NCBI GenBank assembly: GCA_965216635.1
Contig: OZ244188.1
Coordinates: 288,001 to 352,000 of the forward strand
From: a bacterium
Lineage (GTDB): Bacteria > SAR324 > XYD2-FULL-50-16 > G965216635
Direction: 5' to 3'
Length of the DNA: 64,000 bases
Shown: in pieces, positions 9,794-20,529 of the stretch
Position numbering within the stretch: position 1 is the first letter of the stretch
How the letters are laid out: each line of letters opens with the position of its first letter
Program-made: the position numbers and the translations under genes
Notes under the pieces: model-generated
What the model was told of the DNA's origin: nothing
The model's input: only the letters and a program-made list of their open reading frames with translations
The model's database searches: none

Positions 9794-12700
9794 ATGAAAA
9801 AAATACTACCCTTATTAGTGCTGTTTGTTTTGAGTACCCATTTTATTTTGGCTCAAACGACTATTAATATAGAAAAACCTACCAGGGATGGGCTTTCTAA
9901 CAATGAAGTGACCGATTTTGATGTTAATGCAAATGGAACTATTTTAAACAATAGTGCAGAAAGAGGCAGAGCCAGGCTAGGCAATACAGAAGTAAGTGCC
10001 AATCCCAATATTACAGATAGAGAAGCAGATGTTATTCTATTCCAAGTGATTACAAATAATAGTAGCGACTTGAACGGAAGAATAGAAGTATTTGGCAGTG
10101 AAGCCGGAGTAATTATAGCGAATCCTAATGGAATCACCTGTAATGGTTGCGGCTTTATCAATGCTAGTAAGGTAGATCTAGTTACAGGCACAGCCAATAT
10201 TTTAAGGAATACTTTGAATGGTTTTAATATAAACCCTGCAGCATATCTCCGTGTGCTAGGAAGAATAGGATTTGTCAACGATGCTGTAACAGATGAGTTA
10301 AACCTGGCATCCCGTTATTACGAAATTAACGCTCAAGTCAAAGCGAACGATACTTTAAGAATTTTAGCTGGAAATGGCAGATACAACCACATAACGAATA
10401 CTATTACTTCTAGTTCTCTTTTAAATCCCAGCACTGCTCCAATAGATTTAGGATCTAGTAGCAACCTAAGAGCAAACTCCATTGAACTATTAGCTACAGA
10501 AGAGAATGCTGATTATGGTATTATAAATGAAGGAAACATTTCTGCTAATAGTCTTAATATTACAGCAAAAAGTTTCTTTATCAACCACTCTTCTGCAACG
10601 ATTAATGCTAATACCTTGACGATTGAAGTAACGGACTTTTCTGATGATATTACCACTTTTGCAACTGTTTCAGCAGATACTTTAAATTTTATACTCACCA
10701 ATGATTTTACCCATACAAGTGATTCTTTTAATGGCTTTACCTTCAATAATTTAGGAGTTTCTACAGACGGTTATTTTAGAAATGAAGCTGACCTTGCCGT
10801 AAATAGCTTCAATGTCACAGCTGGAGAATACTTTTGGAATCGAAATTCTGCAACGATTAACACTGGTAGTTTTAATGTTACAGCTGGAACTAACTTTGAA
10901 AACCACGATAATGCAACGATTAACGCTGGTAGCTTCAATGTTACAACTGGAACCGACTTTACCAATACAGGCTCAACGATTAAAGCGGATAGTTTTAATG
11001 TCACAACCGGAACTCGCTTTTACAATGAAGAATCCTCAACGATTGACGCAGATAGCTTTAATGTCACAACTGGAACTCGCTTTTACAATTACGCCGCAAC
11101 GATTAACGCAGATAACGTTTATATCACAGCTGGAACTCGCTTTTACAATGAAGAATCCTCAACGATTAACGCAAATAGCGTGACGATTGAAGTAACGGAC
11201 TTTGCTGCTGATATTGAAAACACCGCAACTGTTGCAGCAGATACTTTAAACCTTATACTCACCAATAATTTTACCTATAGCAGTGATTCTTTTAATGGTT
11301 TTACCTTCAATAATTTAGGGGTTGATACACAAGGCAGATTTATTAATGAAGCCGACCTTGTTGTCCCTGGTACCTTGACGATTGAAGTAACGGACTTTGC
11401 TGCTGATATTGAAAACACCGCAACTGTTTCAGCAGATACTTTAAACCTTATACTCACCAATAATTTCACCCATACAAGTGATTCTTTTAATGGCTTTACC
11501 TTCAATAATTTAGGAATTTCTACATACGGTTATTTTGCTAATGAAGCTGACATTGTTGTAGATAGCTTTGATGCCACAACTGGAGCTGACTTTAGCAATC
11601 AAAATTCCGCAATGATTAACGCGGATAGCTTCCATGTTACAGCTGGAGTTAGCTTTTGGAATATAAATTCCGCAACGATTAGTGCGGATAGCTTCAATGT
11701 TACGGCTGAAAATGGCTTTAAAAACTTCAGCAGTGCAACGATTAACGCAAATAGCTTCAATATCACAGCTGGAGGCTTTTATAACAACCACGCAACGATT
11801 AACGCAGATAGCTTGAATATCACGGCTGGAGAAGGCTTTACCAATCAAAGTTTCTCAACGATTAGTGCGGTTAGCTTGAATGTCACAGTTGGAACTTCCT
11901 TTATCAACCAATCTGCAACGATTGACGTTGCTGATAGCTTGAATGTCACAGTTGGAACTAACTTTACCAATTATAATTCCGCAACGATTAGTGCTGATAG
12001 CTTGAATGTTACGGCTGAAGGTGACTTTGAAAACTTCGCTAGCATTAACGCTGATACCCTTTTGAATATCGCATTGACTGACGCAGCTGGTAGTTTTAAG
12101 AATACTGGAGGAATAGCTAGTGCTGATACTTTCAAACTGTCTGTAGCTGGTGATTTTAATTATATTAGCGATTTTCTAAACAATGGAACTATTAATTCTA
12201 ACAGCTTCAATCTCAATGTAGGCGGTGATTTTATCAACAACGATGCGGCTAACGATTTTACTTGGGGCGAAAATAATAGCCTTACTGTGACTGGAACTGC
12301 TTCTGTTTTTGCAGACAGTTTTAATAATAGCGGAACTCTAAATGCTAATAGCTTTAATATTACAGCAACGGATATTACTAACACTGGAACTATCAATGCT
12401 GACAATATTTTGAATACAACATTGACTAGCACAGCAGATAACAGTTTTGCTAATACTGGTGGAGTAGCTGCAGATACCTTCAATCTTTCTGTAGCAGGCG
12501 ATTTTGATTATATTAGTGATTTTTCACGCAATGGAACTATTAATACTAACAGTTTCAATCTCAATGTAGGCGGTGATTTTAGCAACAACGATGCAGCCAA
12601 TGATTTTACTTGGGGTGCAAACGATAGTTTAGTTGTGTCTGGAAATACTGATATTACCACAAGAAATTTTACTCAATCTGGTGTAGTAGATGTTAATGGA

Positions 12701-14551
12701 ATTTTTACTATTAATGCAGAGGCTCTTATTCGCAATGAAGGAACTATTGATACTCATACCTTAGTTATTGATACAGATAGCATTCATAATCCAGGAAATA
12801 TTACCGCTAATACTTCTTTAAATATCACAGCAATAAATGATGTTTTTTCAGGGGGAAGCATTACAACTTCTATTTTGAATGTTGATACTGGAAGAAACTT
12901 TGCCAACCACGGAGCTATTACTGCTAATAACTCTTTTGAAATTACCTCTGGAAATACAGTTGAAAACCACGGATCCATTGTTTCTGGTAGCTTAGATATA
13001 ACTGCAGCGGATTATTTTAGAAATTTAAGCGGCGGGGATATTAGCGTAGATACTTTAAATATCACAGCTGGAGGCAAGGTTACAAATATAGCTACTATTA
13101 CTACTAGAACTTTGAATATTACAGCAAATAATAACTCTTCCAGAACAGACGATACGACAGGCTTTTATGTTGCCAACCACGGGGATATTATTGCAGATAC
13201 TTTAAATATAACAGCAAAGGGTCTTGTTCATAATGCGGCAACCATTGATACTCATATCTTAACTATTGATACAGATAGCATTCATAATCCAGGAAATATT
13301 ACTGCTACCACCTATTTGACTATCACAGCAACAAACGATGTTTTTTCAGGGGGAAGCATTACAACTTCTATTTTGGATATTGATGCTGGAAGGAACTTTG
13401 CCAACCACGGATCTATTACTGCTAATAACTCTTTTGAAATCACCGCTGGAAATACAGTTGAAAACCACGGATCCATTGTTTCTGGTAGCTTAGATATAAT
13501 TGCAGCGGATTATTTTAGAAACTTAAACGGTGGGGATATTAATGTAGCTACTTTAAATATCACAGCTGGAGGCAAGGTTACAAATATAGCTACTATTACT
13601 GCTGGAACTTTGAATATTACAGCAAATAATAACTCTTCCAGAACAGACGATACGACAGGCTTTTATGTTGCTAACCACGGGGATATTATTGCAGATACTT
13701 TCAACATAACAGCAAAGGGTCTTATTCATAATGCGGCAACCATTGATACTCATATCTTAACTATTGATACAGATAGCATTCATAATCCAGGAAATATTAC
13801 TGCTAATACCTATTTGACTATCACAGCAACAAACGATGTTTTTTCAGGGGGAAGCATTACAACTTCTACTTTGAATATTGATGCTGGAAGGAACTTTGCC
13901 AACCACGGAGATATTATTGCTAATAACTCTTTTGAAATTACCGCTGGAAATACAGTTGAAAACCACGGATCTATTGTTTCTGTTAGTTTAGATATAACTG
14001 CAGATGATTATTTTAGAAATTTAGGCGGCGGGGATATTAATGTAGATACTTTAAATATCACAGCTGGAGGCAAGGTTACAAATATAGCTACGATTACTGC
14101 TAGAATTTTGAATATTGCAGCAAATAATGACTCCTCCAGAACAGACGATACGACAGGCTTTTATGTTGCCAACCGAGGAGATATTATTGCAGATACTTTA
14201 AACATAGCAGCAGAAGATAATTTTTATAACCGAGGAGATATTACCGCAGATACTTTCAATATAACAAAAGCGAAAAATATTTTTTTCCTTAATACAGAAA
14301 TAGCTAGTTATACAGGCACTTATGATGGTGGGGATGTTTATCTTACAGGGGATTCTAGTTTTACAGCAACTGGTAGAATAGAAAACTACGGATTGATAGA
14401 TCTCAATGATTCTAGTTTGGATATTACAGCGGAGACATTTATCAATCAAGAAGATGCTACCATTGATGCTGCTACATTAAACCTCAATGTTGAATCTTCC
14501 ACCGACAATGGCACTATTACTGCCATAACCAACATAACCAACAATCAATAG
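9794..14551 (+). CDS. Filamentous haemagglutinin-like protein 2
   Basis: Signal peptide, NPNGITCNGCGFIN, ATINADSFNVT repeats, triplicated C-terminal block; start reassigned from 9734. Confidence 0.85.
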   Translation: MKKILPLLVLFVLSTHFILAQTTINIEKPTRDGLSNNEVTDFDVNANGTILNNSAERGRARLGNTEVSANPNITDREADVILFQVITNNSSDLNGRIEVFGSEAGVIIANPNGITCNGCGFINASKVDLVTGTANILRNTLNGFNINPAAYLRVLGRIGFVNDAVTDELNLASRYYEINAQVKANDTLRILAGNGRYNHITNTITSSSLLNPSTAPIDLGSSSNLRANSIELLATEENADYGIINEGNISANSLNITAKSFFINHSSATINANTLTIEVTDFSDDITTFATVSADTLNFILTNDFTHTSDSFNGFTFNNLGVSTDGYFRNEADLAVNSFNVTAGEYFWNRNSATINTGSFNVTAGTNFENHDNATINAGSFNVTTGTDFTNTGSTIKADSFNVTTGTRFYNEESSTIDADSFNVTTGTRFYNYAATINADNVYITAGTRFYNEESSTINANSVTIEVTDFAADIENTATVAADTLNLILTNNFTYSSDSFNGFTFNNLGVDTQGRFINEADLVVPGTLTIEVTDFAADIENTATVSADTLNLILTNNFTHTSDSFNGFTFNNLGISTYGYFANEADIVVDSFDATTGADFSNQNSAMINADSFHVTAGVSFWNINSATISADSFNVTAENGFKNFSSATINANSFNITAGGFYNNHATINADSLNITAGEGFTNQSFSTISAVSLNVTVGTSFINQSATIDVADSLNVTVGTNFTNYNSATISADSLNVTAEGDFENFASINADTLLNIALTDAAGSFKNTGGIASADTFKLSVAGDFNYISDFLNNGTINSNSFNLNVGGDFINNDAANDFTWGENNSLTVTGTASVFADSFNNSGTLNANSFNITATDITNTGTINADNILNTTLTSTADNSFANTGGVAADTFNLSVAGDFDYISDFSRNGTINTNSFNLNVGGDFSNNDAANDFTWGANDSLVVSGNTDITTRNFTQSGVVDVNGIFTINAEALIRNEGTIDTHTLVIDTDSIHNPGNITANTSLNITAINDVFSGGSITTSILNVDTGRNFANHGAITANNSFEITSGNTVENHGSIVSGSLDITAADYFRNLSGGDISVDTLNITAGGKVTNIATITTRTLNITANNNSSRTDDTTGFYVANHGDIIADTLNITAKGLVHNAATIDTHILTIDTDSIHNPGNITATTYLTITATNDVFSGGSITTSILDIDAGRNFANHGSITANNSFEITAGNTVENHGSIVSGSLDIIAADYFRNLNGGDINVATLNITAGGKVTNIATITAGTLNITANNNSSRTDDTTGFYVANHGDIIADTFNITAKGLIHNAATIDTHILTIDTDSIHNPGNITANTYLTITATNDVFSGGSITTSTLNIDAGRNFANHGDIIANNSFEITAGNTVENHGSIVSVSLDITADDYFRNLGGGDINVDTLNITAGGKVTNIATITARILNIAANNDSSRTDDTTGFYVANRGDIIADTLNIAAEDNFYNRGDITADTFNITKAKNIFFLNTEIASYTGTYDGGDVYLTGDSSFTATGRIENYGLIDLNDSSLDITAETFINQEDATIDAATLNLNVESSTDNGTITAITNITNNQ

Positions 14552-14739
14552 AGATTAGTTTGGTTTTATCCTTAAAATCAAGGAAAAAGCTCATACCAAC
14601 TACTTCCATACAAGCTAAGAAAAAGCACTTTTTCTACGCCATTAAATAAAAATTCAACACACAGCAAAGAAAAAATTCAGCACACAGCAAAGACGAAGTG
14701 CAAATTGGAATTTTTTAAGGAAAAGCTACCTAACAAAGA

Positions 14740-15250
14740 AGTTTTTTTGCTAAAAATGATATTTCATATCTGAAAGAAATTAGTTTTTGCTAAAAATTGT
14801 ATTTTATACTTTCGGAAAAACAAAAAGAGTAAAAATTTTGCGTTAAGCAAAAACGAACTGCAAAAGAGCCAGTGGCTCTTTTGCAATAATATGTTTGAAA
14901 TTTAAAGCAAAAAAGTTTTTTTTGTTAAAAATAATATTTCATGCTTTCGGAAAAGCAAAAAGAGTAAAAATTTAGCGTTAAGCAAAAACGAACTGCAAAA
15001 GAGCCACTGGCTCTTTTGCAATAATATGTTTGAAATTTAAAGCAAAAAGGCGTATTAATGCCTAATTCAATGAGAAATTAAACATTGCAGGGGTTATTTG
15101 CTAAAAATTGTATTTTATACTTTCGGAAAAGCAAAAATAGTAAAAATTTAACGTTAAGCAAAAACGGACTGCAAAAGAGCCAGTGGCTCTTTTGCAATAA
15201 TATGTTTGAAATTTTAAGCAAAAAAGTTTTTTTTGCTTAAAATTATATTT
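14740..15250. repeat. Array B: 3 structured units (2 truncated)
   Basis: Same unit as array A, with short hairpin loops. Confidence 0.9.
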
Positions 15251-15256
15251 TTAATC

Positions 15257-15285
15257 TTGACAAAGAAATTAGTTTTTGCTAAACT
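15257..15285 (+). promoter_or_regulatory. Sigma70-type promoter for FHA gene 3
   Basis: TTGACA-17 nt-TAAACT with extended -10 TG. Confidence 0.7.
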
Positions 15286-15309
15286 ATACAAACTTACTTT
15301 TTTTTATTA

Positions 15310-15386
15310 TAGACCTTTGAATTTCGCTGATGCGACGGCAAGGCTAAACAGCTAGTTTTGTCCTATTTGGCAAATTCAAAAGTCTA
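15310..15386. mobile_element. 77-bp MITE in FHA gene 3 leader
   Basis: Terminal inverted repeats; perfect TATTA / TATTA flanks. Confidence 0.85.
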
Positions 15387-15415
15387 TATTATTAAAAATC
15401 AACCATTATAAAACC

Positions 15416-18400
15416 ATGAAAAGAATACTACCCTTATTACTGTTGTTTGTTTTGAGTATCCCCTTTATTAAAAGCAATGTTGTTTTTGCTCAAACAACAA
15501 CCCATACTATAGTAAGACCCGATTCAAACGGGCTTTCTAACAATCAAGTGACCGATTTTGATGTTAATGCAGACGGAGCTATTTTAAACAATAGCGCAGC
15601 AGGAGGCACAGCCCAGCTAGGCTCTACAGCAGTGAGTGCCAATCCCAATATTACAGCAGGTAGCGAAGCAGAACTTATCCTATTCCAAGTAACAAGCGCT
15701 ACTAATACTAGTGAGTTAAGCGGAAAAATAGAAGTATTTGGCAGGAAAAACGACAATAAAGCTGCGTTAATTATAGCCAATCCTAATGGAATCACCTGTA
15801 GTGGTTGCGGTTTTATCAATGCTAGCAAGGTAGACCTAGTCACAGGCACAGCCAATTTTACAGCTGGCGAGTTGACTAATTTTAGTATAGACGGTAGCGC
15901 GCAGCTCCGTGCGAGCACAACAGGAGGAGGCTTTTTAAGCGATGCTTTGGTAGACGAATTAAACCTAGTGTCTCGTTACATAATAGCTGAGGATTCCGCT
16001 CAAATCAAAGCTAACGATACTTTAAGAGTTTTAGCTGGAAATGAAACTTACAATCCATACAACAATACTATTACTTCTAGTTCTCTTTTAAATCCCAGCA
16101 CATATCCAATATCTTTAGCATCTAATAGCAACCTAGAAGCAAACTCCATTGAACTACTAAGCGCAGAAACTTCTTATGGTATTTACAATGATGGAGGAAA
16201 CATATCTGCTGATACACTAAGGATAGATTCAGGGGGCTATTTCCGAAATCACAGTTCCGCAACGATTGACGCTGGTAGTTTTAATGTTACCGCTGGAGCT
16301 GAATTTCGCAATTCCTCAACGATTGACGCAGTTAGCTTCAATGTCACAGCAGCTGGACAATTTATCAATCATTCTGCAGCGATTAACGCAGATAGCTTCA
16401 ATGTTACAGCTGGAACTCGCTTTCGCAATAACTCAACGATTAACGCAGATAGCTTCAATGTTACAGCTGAAGATGACTTTAGCAATGAATTTCCTGGCGC
16501 AACGATTAACGCGGATAGCTTCAATGTCACAGCTGGAGATTACTTTTACAATGAAAATTCAGCAACGATTAACGCAGCTAGCTTCAATGTCACAACTGGA
16601 AAGGGCTTTGAGAATCAATCTTCCGCAACGATTAACGCAGCTAGCTTCAATGTCACAACTGGAAAGGGCTTTGAGAATCAATCTTCCGCAACGATTAACG
16701 CAGATAGCGTAACGATTGAAGTAACGGACTTTGATGATGATATTGAAAACATTGGAACTGTTTCAGCAGATACTTTAAACCTTATACTCACCAATGATTT
16801 TACCAATACAAGCACTTCTCTTAATGGCTTTACCTTCAATAATTTAGGAGTTTCTACAGACGGTTATTTTGATAATCGAACCGATCTTACCGTAAATAAC
16901 TTCAATGTCACAGCTGGAGATTACTTTCGCAATCAACATGGTGCAACGATTGAAGCAGATAGCTTTAATGTCACAACTGGAACTTTTTTTAACAGCAGCA
17001 CATCAACGATTGAAGCAGATAGCTTTAATGTCACAACTGGAACTTACTTTGACAATGACTATAGTTCAACGATTGAAGCAGATAGCTTTAATGTCACAAC
17101 TGGAACTTACTTTGACAATGGAAGTAGATCCGCAACGATTAACGCAGGTAACTTCAATGTCACAACTGGAACTTACTTTAGCAATGAAAATTCAGCAACG
17201 ATTAACGCAGATAGCTTTGATGTCACAACTGGAGCTGGCTTTTACAATAGAAATTCTGCAACGATTGACGCAGATAGCTTCAATGTTACAGTTGGAACTT
17301 CCTTTATTAACTCATCTGCAATGATTGACGCTGCTGATAGCTTCAATGTCACAACTGGAACCGACTTTAGCAATGATTATTACGCAACGATTAGTGCAGA
17401 TAGCTTCAATGTCACAGCAGGGGATGACTTTTACAACAACGAGTTCTCAACGATTAACGCTGGGAGCTTTAATGTTACAGCAGGAGATAGCTTTAACAAT
17501 CAAAATTCCTCAACGATTGACGCAGATAGCTTCAATGTCACCGCTGGAACTAACTTTAACAATAGAAATTCCGCAACGATTAACACAGATAGCTTTAATG
17601 TCACAGCTGGAAATGGGTTTAGCAATTACAATTACGCAACAATTAAAGCAGATAGCTTTGATGTCACAACTAGGAAGAGTTTTGTCAATAACAAGGCAAC
17701 GATTAACGCAGATAGCTTCAATGTTACAGCTGGAACTTACTTTGACAGTCGCTTTTACGCAACGATTAACGCAGATAGCTTTAATGTCACAGCTGGAGAT
17801 GGATTTAGCAATTACGATTCCGCAACGATTAACGCAGATAACGTGAATGTTACGGTTACAGGTGACTTTGGAAACTCCGCTAGCATTAACGCCGCTACCC
17901 TTTTGAATATCACATTGACTGACGCAGCTGCTATTTTTTATAATACTGGCGGAACGGCTAGAGGAGATATTACTGCAAATACTTTCAATCTTTCTGTAGC
18001 GGGCGATCTTGATTATACTGATAGAGGAACTATTAATTCTAACAGCTTCAATCTCAATGTAGGAGGTGATTTTAGCAACAACAATGCAGCCAACGATTTC
18101 ACTTGGGGCGCAAACGATAGTTTAGTTGTAGCTGGAACTGCTTCTGTTGTTGCAAATAATTTTAATAATAGCGGAACTATCAATGCTAATAGCTTTGATA
18201 TTACAGCAAGTAACAGTTTTTCTAATACTGGAGGAGTAGCTAGTGCAGATACTTTCAATCTTTCTGTAGGCGCTGATTTTGACTATGTTGCTGATAGAGG
18301 CACTATTAATTCTAACAGCTTCAATCTCAATGTTGGCGGTGATTTTAGCAACAACGATGCGGCTAACGATTTTACTTGGGGCGCAAACGACATCTTAACG

Positions 18401-20344
18401 GTATCTGGAGATACTAATATTGTTGCAAGTGGTTTTGAAAATTACGGAACTTTTAATGTAGGCAACTTAAATATTACAACAACAAATAATGGTAACTTTA
18501 CCAATTATAATTCCGCAAGCATCAACGCAGATAGCTTCAATGTTAATACACTTGTATTTACCAATGAAGTGAATGCTACTATCACCGCTAGTGAATGCAA
18601 CATTACCTCTCTTTCTCTTATTGATAACGGCACTATTACCTGTGGTATTGGAATAGAAATTATTGACATAGCACGTCCAGACGCTAACGGACTTTCTAAC
18701 AATACCTATACTGATTTTAATATTCTTAGCAGTGGAATTATCCTTAACAACAGCGTTTCTGATGGACAATCTCAATTAGCAGGTGATATTTTAGCAAACC
18801 CGAATTATAGCGGAATTGCAGCAAGCCTTATCTTAAACCAAGTTTCAGGCAGTAATATTAGTTTATTAGAGGGAGCTTTAGAAGTGTTTGGTGCTAATGC
18901 AGCGGTGATTATAGCCAATCCTAATGGAATCGCCTGTAATGGTTGTAGTTTTATCAATGCGAATAGAGTGGATTTGGTTACGGGTAGTGGTTATAACGCA
19001 AACACAAATACATTCGGAACTATAGAAAATATTGCTATTAGTGTAGGAAATAAGGGTTTAAACGCTTCTTCATCAAGTATTTTAAATATACAAGCAGGTA
19101 GCTTTACTAATACCGGACAAGTTGATGCAGATACTTTCAATCTTTCTGTAGGCGGTGATTTTGACTATGTTGCTGATAGAGGAACTATTAATACTAACAG
19201 TTTTAATCTCAATGTTGGTGGTAATTTTAGCAACAACGATGCAGCCAATGATTTTACTTGGGGTGAAAATAATAGCCTTAGTGTGACTGGAAATGTTGAT
19301 ATTACCACAAGAAATTTTACTCAATCTGGTGCAGTAGATGTTAATGGAATTTTTACTATTAATGCGAATAGGTTTGTTTATGGGGATACAAACAATGATT
19401 TTACTTTGGGTGCAAACGATAGTTTAGTTGTGTCTGGAGATGTTGATATTGCCACAAGAAATTTTACTAATACTGGCGGAGTGGTTAGTGCCGATACTTT
19501 AAATATAACAGCAGAGGCTCTTATTCGTAATGCTGGAACTATTACTGCTAATGCTTTGACTATTGATACAAATAGCATTCATAATCCAGGAAATATTACC
19601 GCCACCTATTTGGCTATCACAGCAGCAAACGATGTTTTTTCAGGGGGAAGCATCACAACTTCTACTTTGAATATTGAGACTGGAAGGAACTTTGCCAACC
19701 ACGGAGATATTATTGCTAATAACTCTTTTGAAATTACCTCTGGAAATACAGTTCAAAACCACGGATCTATTGTTTCTGATAGCTTAGATATAACTGCAGA
19801 GGATTATTTTAGAAACTTAAAAGGCGGGGATATTAATGTAGCTACTTTAAATATCACAGCTGGAGGTAAGGTGACAAATATAGCTACTATTACTGCTGGA
19901 ACTTTGAATATTACAGCAAATAACGACTCCTCTAGAACAGGCGATACGACAGGCTTTTATGTTGCTAACCGAGGAGATATTACTGCAGATACTTTAAACA
20001 TAACAGCAGCAGATAATTTTTATAACCGAGGAGATATTAGCGCAAATACTTCCGAGATCACTGCAAAAAATATTTTTTTCCTTAATACAGAAATAGCTAG
20101 TTATACAGGCACTTATGATGGCGGAGATATTTCTCTTACAGGAACTTCTAGTTTTACAACAACTGGTACAATAGAAAACTACGGATTGATAGATCTCAAT
20201 GGTTCTAATTTAGATATTACAGCGGAGACATTTATCAACCATTCAGGTGCTATTATTAGAAATGGTATGTTAAACCTCAATGTTGAATCTTCCACTGACA
20301 ATGGCGCTATTACTGCCATAACCAACATAATCAACAATCAATAG
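15416..20344 (+). CDS. Filamentous haemagglutinin-like protein 3, with a second internal TPS domain
   Basis: NPNGITCSGCGFIN at the N-terminus and NPNGIACNGCSFIN again near 18917. Confidence 0.85.
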   Translation: MKRILPLLLLFVLSIPFIKSNVVFAQTTTHTIVRPDSNGLSNNQVTDFDVNADGAILNNSAAGGTAQLGSTAVSANPNITAGSEAELILFQVTSATNTSELSGKIEVFGRKNDNKAALIIANPNGITCSGCGFINASKVDLVTGTANFTAGELTNFSIDGSAQLRASTTGGGFLSDALVDELNLVSRYIIAEDSAQIKANDTLRVLAGNETYNPYNNTITSSSLLNPSTYPISLASNSNLEANSIELLSAETSYGIYNDGGNISADTLRIDSGGYFRNHSSATIDAGSFNVTAGAEFRNSSTIDAVSFNVTAAGQFINHSAAINADSFNVTAGTRFRNNSTINADSFNVTAEDDFSNEFPGATINADSFNVTAGDYFYNENSATINAASFNVTTGKGFENQSSATINAASFNVTTGKGFENQSSATINADSVTIEVTDFDDDIENIGTVSADTLNLILTNDFTNTSTSLNGFTFNNLGVSTDGYFDNRTDLTVNNFNVTAGDYFRNQHGATIEADSFNVTTGTFFNSSTSTIEADSFNVTTGTYFDNDYSSTIEADSFNVTTGTYFDNGSRSATINAGNFNVTTGTYFSNENSATINADSFDVTTGAGFYNRNSATIDADSFNVTVGTSFINSSAMIDAADSFNVTTGTDFSNDYYATISADSFNVTAGDDFYNNEFSTINAGSFNVTAGDSFNNQNSSTIDADSFNVTAGTNFNNRNSATINTDSFNVTAGNGFSNYNYATIKADSFDVTTRKSFVNNKATINADSFNVTAGTYFDSRFYATINADSFNVTAGDGFSNYDSATINADNVNVTVTGDFGNSASINAATLLNITLTDAAAIFYNTGGTARGDITANTFNLSVAGDLDYTDRGTINSNSFNLNVGGDFSNNNAANDFTWGANDSLVVAGTASVVANNFNNSGTINANSFDITASNSFSNTGGVASADTFNLSVGADFDYVADRGTINSNSFNLNVGGDFSNNDAANDFTWGANDILTVSGDTNIVASGFENYGTFNVGNLNITTTNNGNFTNYNSASINADSFNVNTLVFTNEVNATITASECNITSLSLIDNGTITCGIGIEIIDIARPDANGLSNNTYTDFNILSSGIILNNSVSDGQSQLAGDILANPNYSGIAASLILNQVSGSNISLLEGALEVFGANAAVIIANPNGIACNGCSFINANRVDLVTGSGYNANTNTFGTIENIAISVGNKGLNASSSSILNIQAGSFTNTGQVDADTFNLSVGGDFDYVADRGTINTNSFNLNVGGNFSNNDAANDFTWGENNSLSVTGNVDITTRNFTQSGAVDVNGIFTINANRFVYGDTNNDFTLGANDSLVVSGDVDIATRNFTNTGGVVSADTLNITAEALIRNAGTITANALTIDTNSIHNPGNITATYLAITAANDVFSGGSITTSTLNIETGRNFANHGDIIANNSFEITSGNTVQNHGSIVSDSLDITAEDYFRNLKGGDINVATLNITAGGKVTNIATITAGTLNITANNDSSRTGDTTGFYVANRGDITADTLNITAADNFYNRGDISANTSEITAKNIFFLNTEIASYTGTYDGGDISLTGTSSFTTTGTIENYGLIDLNGSNLDITAETFINHSGAIIRNGMLNLNVESSTDNGAITAITNIINNQ

Positions 20345-20529
20345 ATTAGTTCGGTTTTATCCTTAAAATCAAGGAAAAAGCCTATACCAACTACTTTCCA
20401 TACAGGCTATAGAAAAAGCACTTTTTCTACGCCATTAAATAAAAATTCAACACACAGCAAAGAAAAAATTCAGCACACAGCAAAGACGAAGTGCAAACTG
20501 GAATTTTTTAAGGAAAAGCTATCTGACAA

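Noticed and set aside
16266..17846. Alternative-frame QRLTQIALMSQLE ORFs and antisense ORFs across FHA, TPR and OMP genes
   Set aside because: Shadows of repetitive coding sequence on the main frame
16250..17850. CRISPR-like repeat/spacer pattern inside FHA genes (and the TPR genes)
   Set aside because: All periods are multiples of 3 within long ORFs, so these are coding protein repeats
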